Position numbers and translations under genes: made by a program
The notes under the pieces: model-generated
The model's input: only the letters and a program-made list of their open reading frames with translations
Told to the model about the DNA's origin: nothing
Databases searched by the model: none
In this document: positions 58,325 through 64,000 of the stretch, in pieces
Layout of the letters: each line of letters opens with the position of its first letter
Position numbering within the stretch: position 1 is the stretch's first letter
DNA from: Gemmatimonadales bacterium
GTDB lineage: Bacteria > Gemmatimonadota > Gemmatimonadetes > Gemmatimonadales > GWC2-71-9
Length of the DNA stretch: 64,000 bases
NCBI GenBank assembly: GCA_036397455.1
Contig: DASWIX010000079.1
Span: 7,572 to 71,571 of the forward strand
Direction: 5' to 3'

Positions 58325-58326
58325 GA

Positions 58327-58779
58327 TCAGTCTGGATCGCGGGGACCGCCCCCGCTGGGCACGCGCCTGCCGGTATTATCGCGCCATACGGCCTCACCAC
58401 CCTGCAACACTTCCTTCTTCCAGACCGGCAACCGGCGCTTCGCTTCCTCGATCATGAACCGGCACGCATCCAGTGCCTCGGCCCGGTGCGGTGCCGCCAC
58501 CACGACCGCGATGCTCGCTTCCCCCAGTAACACGATCCCGATGCGGTGCCGTGCCGCGGTTCGCGTGCGGGGCCACCGTGCTCGGGCCTCCGCGGCGATG
58601 CCGGCGAACTCCGCCTCGATCATCTCCTCGTAGCCCGAGTACTCGATGTGCCGGACCGGCCCGTCGTCCTCACCACATCGCACCGTCCCCACGAACGTCG
58701 CGATCCCGCCGCACTCGGGTCCGGCGACGGCATCGATGAGCGCCGCCAGATCGATGACCGACGTGGTGCAGTACGGCAT
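58327..58779 (-). CDS. moaE: Molybdopterin synthase catalytic subunit
   Basis: FVGTVR, HRIG, APHR, PVWKKE. Confidence 0.95.
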   Translation of the reverse strand: MPYCTTSVIDLAALIDAVAGPECGGIATFVGTVRCGEDDGPVRHIEYSGYEEMIEAEFAGIAAEARARWPRTRTAARHRIGIVLLGEASIAVVVAAPHRAEALDACRFMIEEAKRRLPVWKKEVLQGGEAVWRDNTGRRVPSGGGPRDPD

Positions 58780-59033
58780 CAACCGCCGGCCAACGGCGGG
58801 AACAACGCAAGTTCATCACCGTCGGCGAGTGGCTCGCCGGGCAGCACATGACGCTGGTTGACCGCCACCAGGGGCCGCTCGGGAAGGAGCCGCCCCTCGG
58901 GAAGCACGTCCCGCAGGCGGCGGACGGCATCCGACACCACGGCCGGTGCGGGGAGTTCGACCGTCACCTCGTCGCGACCCAGCAGCTCCGCGTAGCGCGC
59001 GAACAGCCGGCATCGGATCCGTAGGATTGACAT
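58779..59033 (-). CDS. moaD: Molybdopterin synthase sulfur carrier
   Basis: LFARYAE, VAVN, DGDELALFPPLAGG C-terminus. Confidence 0.93.
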   Translation of the reverse strand: MSILRIRCRLFARYAELLGRDEVTVELPAPAVVSDAVRRLRDVLPEGRLLPERPLVAVNQRHVLPGEPLADGDELALFPPLAGG

Positions 59034-59123
59034 GGGATAGGAAACTACACGACGGCCCCGAACGCGAAAACACCCCGCGCTCCCAGCGGAGGCGAGGTGC
59101 GACGGCACAGACAGACGAACCGA

Positions 59124-59465
59124 CTAGGGCGACGCCTGGCGGGCCTGCTCGAAGGTCTCTTCATCGTCCTCGGGGCCGGCAACCATGGTGCGCAACTCCT
59201 TGGATGGCTTGAACACCGGCACCGGACGCGCGGCCACTTCCACCGGCTCGCCCGTCCGGGGGTTCCGTGCCATGCGCGTCTTGCGCCGCCGGATCTTGAA
59301 CGTGCCGAATCCCCGGATCTCGATATTGCGCTGATCGGAAAGTGAGTCTTTCACCGCGTCGAGGAAGGCATCGACGACTCTCGCGCAGTCTTTTTTCGAG
59401 ATCATCGGACCGGCCGTGCGGGCGATGGTGGCCGTCACCTTCTCGACGAGATCAGCCTTTGTCAT
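59124..59465 (-). CDS. HU/IHF-family DNA-binding protein
   Basis: MTKADLV, IEIRGFGTF, ARNPRTGE, FKPSKEL. Confidence 0.96.
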   Translation of the reverse strand: MTKADLVEKVTATIARTAGPMISKKDCARVVDAFLDAVKDSLSDQRNIEIRGFGTFKIRRRKTRMARNPRTGEPVEVAARPVPVFKPSKELRTMVAGPEDDEETFEQARQASP

Positions 59466-59547
59466 GCAACCCCCAGGACTAGACGCGGAGGCGGCTCGTT
59501 ACGGGCCCTCGGCCCTACCTAGCCGGGGGGTCAACATAGGAGCTTAC

Positions 59548-60654
59548 CTATTGACTGTCAAGAGCTTGGACGAACTGCAGGAAGTGTCCTCTCGCGTCGT
59601 GGGGACCCGGAGCGGCCTCCGGATGGTACTGAACCGCGAACATAGGTAGTTCGCGATGTCTTACGCCTTCGACGGTGCCATCATTGAGGTTAAGGTGCGT
59701 CACCTCAAGTTGTTTGGCACCTGGGATGCCGTTAGTGCTTCCCTTTACTGCAAATCCGTGGTTTTGCGATGTGATAAGAACGCGCCCGTCTGCCAGCTCG
59801 CGAACCGGATGATTCCCTCCTCGATGGCCGTACGGGAGCTTCTCTGTCTCCGCTCCGAATGCCAGGGCGACGAGCTGATGCCCCAGGCAGATACCGAACG
59901 TGGGCAGGCCCGACTCGGCCAACTGGCGGATTTCAGGCAGGACATACTGCACGGCGGCGGGGTCACCCGGACCATTCGAGAGGAATAGTCCGTCCGGCGC
60001 CAACTCGCGGATCCGGGCGGCCGACGTCTTCGACGGGACGATGGTGACTCGGCAGTCGTGGGCGTTGAGCAGCCGCACGATATTCGTCTTCATGCCAAAG
60101 TCGTATGCAACCACATGACGCCTGGCGTCCGTGTCACCGACCGAGCGTTCTTCGGGAACCGTCGCGGCACTCGCCAGGTCGAGACCGGTCATTTCAGGGC
60201 TCGCACCGAGCGTACGCCGGGTCTCCTCAGTCGGCTCTGCCCCTTCGGCGATGATCGCCCGCATCGCCCCGCGCGACCGGATGTGCCGAGCCAGCTTGCG
60301 GGTATCGACGTCTTCGATGATCGGGATAGCGCGGTCGGCCAGCCACTCGTCAAGCGAGCCCGATGAACGCCAGTTGGAGTGCCCGCGCGACAACTCCCGC
60401 ACGATGACCGCGCTCACCTGCGGTTTCTCCGACTCGACGTCTTCGGCGTTGATCCCGTAGTTCCCGATCATCGGCGCCGTCATGACGACCAACTGGCCCA
60501 TATAGGAAGGGTCTGTGAAAACCTCCTGGTACCCGGTCAGGTTCGTCGTGAAGACCGCCTCACCCGTGGTGGGAGATATGGAACGGCGCGTGGTTCCCGC
60601 GAACCACGCGCCATCTTCCAACAGGACGTATGCCGGTCGGATGTCGTTGCTCAG
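59548..60654 (-). CDS. carA: Carbamoyl-phosphate synthase small subunit (apparent CTG start)
   Basis: TGYQEVFTDPSY, DTRKL, SNGPGDP, GICLGHQ, SQNHGF, QYHPEA. Confidence 0.96.
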   Translation of the reverse strand: MSNDIRPAYVLLEDGAWFAGTTRRSISPTTGEAVFTTNLTGYQEVFTDPSYMGQLVVMTAPMIGNYGINAEDVESEKPQVSAVIVRELSRGHSNWRSSGSLDEWLADRAIPIIEDVDTRKLARHIRSRGAMRAIIAEGAEPTEETRRTLGASPEMTGLDLASAATVPEERSVGDTDARRHVVAYDFGMKTNIVRLLNAHDCRVTIVPSKTSAARIRELAPDGLFLSNGPGDPAAVQYVLPEIRQLAESGLPTFGICLGHQLVALAFGAETEKLPYGHRGGNHPVRELADGRVLITSQNHGFAVKGSTNGIPGAKQLEVTHLNLNDGTVEGVRHRELPMFAVQYHPEAAPGPHDARGHFLQFVQALDSQ

Positions 60655-61031
60655 TTGTTGTCCTCGGGTTGGCCCGGTGGAACCGGCGACGGCTGCGCGG
60701 CACCCTCGCCCGCCGGTGGTTGCACGTCCAGTGGCAGGGGGGCCGTATTGATCGGTGCCGGCGGCGCGAGCTGCCCCTGCAACACCGAGGTCGGACCGCC
60801 ACCGCGCGTCGACATGCCGGCGAGGATCAGCGAGAACGCGAGGAAGAGCGCCCCGCACCACCAGGACATCTTGGTGAGGACCGTCACGGCCTGCCGCCCA
60901 CCGAGAAACGTGTCGGTCGACGCTCCGCCTCCCATGGCCGCCAAGCCACCGCCCTTACCGGACTGCAGCAGCACGACGACACCGAGAATGACGGAGTCGA
61001 GAATCAGTAAGATCAAGAAAAATGCGAACAT
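60651..61031 (-). CDS. secG: Preprotein translocase subunit SecG
   Basis: VLLQSGKGGGL; 2 TM segments; follows tpiA. Confidence 0.93.
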   Translation of the reverse strand: MFAFFLILLILDSVILGVVVLLQSGKGGGLAAMGGGASTDTFLGGRQAVTVLTKMSWWCGALFLAFSLILAGMSTRGGGPTSVLQGQLAPPAPINTAPLPLDVQPPAGEGAAQPSPVPPGQPEDNN

Positions 61032-61075
61032 GGACTCCTCTCAGGGCCGCAAGATACCCGGCTCCCGAACGCGGG

Positions 61076-61828
61076 TCAATCGCGGTCGGAACCGGTGATC
61101 GCGAGCCAGGAATCCGCGTCGATCGACGCGCCACCCACCAACACACCGTCGATTTCGGACTCCGCGACGAGGGCGCCGACATTGGCCGGCTTGACGCTGC
61201 CGCCGTAGAGGACGCGCACCGAAACACGCGGAGCACCCATACCGGCCATGGTCTCTCGGACAACGGTATGGACCGCCGCGGCGTCCGCCGGGGTGGCGTT
61301 CTTGCCGGTCCCGATGGCCCAGACCGGTTCATAGGCGATAGGCACCTGCGCGAGCTGCGCCGGCGCCAGGCCCTCCAACACGGCAAGCTGGCGCCGCACG
61401 ACATCCAACGTCTGCCCCGCGTCGCGCTGCGCGAGCGTTTCGCCCACGCAGAGCATGGGCAACAGGCCTCCGGCAAGTGCCGCGCGTACCTTGGCGCCCG
61501 TTGCCTCGTCGGTTTCCCCAAACACGTGACGCCGTTCGGAATGACCAATCAGCGTGCTCGTGGCACCTGCCTCGGCGGCCATCGAGACGCTGGTCTCGCC
61601 GGTGAACGCGCCTTTCGCCTCCCAATGCACATGCTGCGCACCCACGCGCAATCCCACCCTCTCGGCGATCCGTGCCGCGACCGTGGAGAGGGAGACGGCC
61701 GGCGTGTAGAACCAGACCTCGCGATCGTCCCGAGGCACATACGAATCGAGAAACCGATCGAGAAACGCGGCGGCCTCGACCGGTCCGAGGTGCATCTTCC
61801 AGTTTCCCGCAAAGATCAGTGGGTTCAT
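61076..61828 (-). CDS. tpiA: Triosephosphate isomerase
   Basis: AGNWKM, GHSERR, AYEPVWAIGTG, LYGGSV. Confidence 0.98.
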   Translation of the reverse strand: MNPLIFAGNWKMHLGPVEAAAFLDRFLDSYVPRDDREVWFYTPAVSLSTVAARIAERVGLRVGAQHVHWEAKGAFTGETSVSMAAEAGATSTLIGHSERRHVFGETDEATGAKVRAALAGGLLPMLCVGETLAQRDAGQTLDVVRRQLAVLEGLAPAQLAQVPIAYEPVWAIGTGKNATPADAAAVHTVVRETMAGMGAPRVSVRVLYGGSVKPANVGALVAESEIDGVLVGGASIDADSWLAITGSDRD

Positions 61829-63018
61829 GCGCTGTCCAACGCCGCCACGCCGGGCAGCGTCTTGCCTTCGAGCAGTTCGAGCGAAGCACCGCCACCGGTG
61901 CTCACGTGGGTCACCGTATCGCTGAGCCCCGCGGCGGCGAGGGCCGCCGCGGAATCGCCTCCGCCAACGATCGTCACCGCTCCCGCCTGCGTGGCCGTCC
62001 CGAGCGCGGCTGCCACCGCCCGCGTGCCGGCATCGAACGGCGGAATCTCGAACACACCCATCGGGCCGTTCCAGACGACCGTTTTGGCCTGGACGATCCG
62101 CGCGGCAAAAGCGGCGGACGTGGCGGGATCGATATCGTAGACGGCCCACCCCGTCTCGATCTCGTCCCGCCGCACGACGCGCGTCGCGGTGTTCGCGACC
62201 AGTGCGCGCGCCACCACCGCGCCGCCCGGGATCACGAGTTTGTCGCCGGCGCGTTCCAGCAGCTTCGACGCCACATCGATCCGGTCCCGTTCGACCAGCG
62301 AGGCGCCGACCTCCAGGCCCATGGCCGCAAAGAAGGTGCACGCCATCGCGCCCCCGACGAGGATCTCGTCGACCGTGGTCAGTAACGCCTCGATCACGTC
62401 GATCTTGCCCGAGATTTTGGCCCCTCCGAGCACGGCGACGAATGGTCGGGCGGGGCGCTCCAGGGCTTCGGCGAGGTAGGTGAGTTCCCTGGCCATCAAG
62501 AATCCAGCGACGGCCGGCCGAAGCAGATGCGCCACCGCCTCGGTCGATGCGTGCGCCCGGTGCGCGGCACCGAAGGCATCGTTGACGTAGAGGTCTCCCA
62601 ACGCGGCGAATCGCTCGGCCAGCGCGGCATCGTTGGTCTCTTCGCCGGGATAGAATCGCGTGTTTTCCGCCAGGGCGACCTCGCCGCGGCGCATGCGTTT
62701 CGTCAGTTGGACCGCCTCGTCGGAAACCGGATCGGCCAGGAACGTCACCGGTTGTCCGAGCGCCGTTTCCAATGCCGCCGCCACCGGTTTCAGGGAATAC
62801 GCGGGATGGGGCTTCCCCTTCGGTCGCCCAAGATGGGAGAGCAGCACGACGCGGGTCCCCCGCTCCCGCAACCACCGGATGGTCGGCAGCGCCGCGGTGA
62901 TGCGCGTGCGGTCTCCCACGGCCCCATCGACCAACGGGACGTTGAAATCCACGCGGACCAGCGCGCGGAGCCCTTCCAACGGCTGGCCGCTCAGCGCGTC
63001 GAGCGTGCGGCGCTTCAC
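61825..63018 (-). CDS. pgk: Phosphoglycerate kinase
   Basis: RVDFNVP, SHLGRP, NDAFGAAHR, STGGGASLE. Confidence 0.98.
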   Translation of the reverse strand: MKRRTLDALSGQPLEGLRALVRVDFNVPLVDGAVGDRTRITAALPTIRWLRERGTRVVLLSHLGRPKGKPHPAYSLKPVAAALETALGQPVTFLADPVSDEAVQLTKRMRRGEVALAENTRFYPGEETNDAALAERFAALGDLYVNDAFGAAHRAHASTEAVAHLLRPAVAGFLMARELTYLAEALERPARPFVAVLGGAKISGKIDVIEALLTTVDEILVGGAMACTFFAAMGLEVGASLVERDRIDVASKLLERAGDKLVIPGGAVVARALVANTATRVVRRDEIETGWAVYDIDPATSAAFAARIVQAKTVVWNGPMGVFEIPPFDAGTRAVAAALGTATQAGAVTIVGGGDSAAALAAAGLSDTVTHVSTGGGASLELLEGKTLPGVAALDSA

Positions 63019-64000
63019 GCGAGCGAGCCGGCGACCATCTCCAGGAGGTCGACACAGCGCACCGAGTAGCCCATCTCGTTGTCGTACCATGACGAGACGT
63101 GCACCAACGTCCCGTCGATCACGTTGGTACTGAGTGCGTCGACCGTGGAAGAATGTGGGTCGCCGATGTAGTCTGACGAGACCAGCGGTTCGTCGGACAC
63201 CGCGAGCACGCCTTGGAGCGCCGCGCCCGCCGCCGCCCGGAACGCCTGATTCACGCCGTCGGTGTCGGTCGGCTGCGTCACCACGCAGGTGAGATCGACC
63301 AGCGAGACGTCCGCGGTCGGAACCCGGAGTGCCATGCCGTCGATCTTTCCTTGCACCTCGGGGATCACCAACGCGGTCGCCCGCGCGGCACCGGTCGAGG
63401 TGGGGATGATGTTCACGGCGGCGGCCCGCGCCCGCCGCAGGTCCTTGTGCGGCAGATCGAGGATACGCTGGTCATTGGTGTAGCTATGGATCGTGGTCAT
63501 GAACCCGCGCTCGAACCCGAAGGCGTCGAGGATCACCTTGACGACCGGCACCAGACAATTCGTCGTGCACGAGGCGTTGGAGATCACGTGGTGTTTGGCC
63601 GGATCGTAGCTCGTGTGGTTCACGCCCATCACGACGGTGAGATCTTCCTGCTTGGCCGGCGCGCTGATCACGACTTTCTTGGCGCCGGCATCCAGATGCT
63701 GCGCGGCTTTGTCACGTTGCGTGAACAGGCCGGTCGATTCGAGCACCAGGTCGATGCCCAACTCACCCCAGGGCAGGTGCGAGGGATCACGTTCGGACAG
63801 CACCTTGATCTCCTGTCCGTCGACCCGGATAGCCGCATCGGCCGCGGCGACGTCGCCCGGATACCGGCCGTGCACGGAGTCGTACTTGAGCAGGTGGGCC
63901 AGCGTCCCCGCGTCGGTCAAGTCGTTGACGGCAACCAACTCGAGCGCGGCACCGCGTTTCTTGATCGCGCGGAGCACGTTACGCCCGATTCGCCCGAACC
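63015..64000 (-). CDS. gap: Type I glyceraldehyde-3-phosphate dehydrogenase (5' end outside the window)
   Basis: FGRIGRNVLR at the edge; SNASCTTNCL, WYDNEMGY. Confidence 0.98.
   Translation of the reverse strand, partial: FGRIGRNVLRAIKKRGAALELVAVNDLTDAGTLAHLLKYDSVHGRYPGDVAAADAAIRVDGQEIKVLSERDPSHLPWGELGIDLVLESTGLFTQRDKAAQHLDAGAKKVVISAPAKQEDLTVVMGVNHTSYDPAKHHVISNASCTTNCLVPVVKVILDAFGFERGFMTTIHSYTNDQRILDLPHKDLRRARAAAVNIIPTSTGAARATALVIPEVQGKIDGMALRVPTADVSLVDLTCVVTQPTDTDGVNQAFRAAAGAALQGVLAVSDEPLVSSDYIGDPHSSTVDALSTNVIDGTLVHVSSWYDNEMGYSVRCVDLLEMVAGSLA

Overview
High-GC bacterial chromosomal segment, mostly on the minus strand. The gene content suggests a diderm, possibly Gemmatimonadota (inference). 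Most of it is core: rph-rdgB, an outer-membrane biogenesis cluster, fhs, tatD, secDF, the rimP-nusA-infB-rbfA-truB-ribF operon, murA, pcrA/uvrD, serS, groES-groEL with a perfect CIRCE, mdh, moaDE, HU/IHF, carA and gap-pgk-tpiA-secG. It carries tRNA-Arg(UCU), tRNA-Pro(UGG) and tRNA-Sec(UCA). There are two accessory patches. The first (~95-1290, next to tRNA-Arg) holds an XRE repressor and overlapping divergent promoters. The second (~44.8-51.5 kb) holds a tRNA-Ile 3' fragment that looks like an att site, toxin-antitoxin genes, a Fic pseudogene, a subtilase and an AAA+/DUF4143 ATPase. The best-supported hidden feature is an AhpD-like selenoprotein (CxxU with a SECIS-like hairpin) that the ORF track splits in two. 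Other candidates are a HEAT/HD-GYP gene pair sharing an unnamed N-terminal domain, REP-like hairpin clusters, two apparent CUG starts and an AT-rich patch inside carA. No CRISPR array, intact integrase or transposase was seen. All family calls come from reading motifs by eye; no database searches were run.
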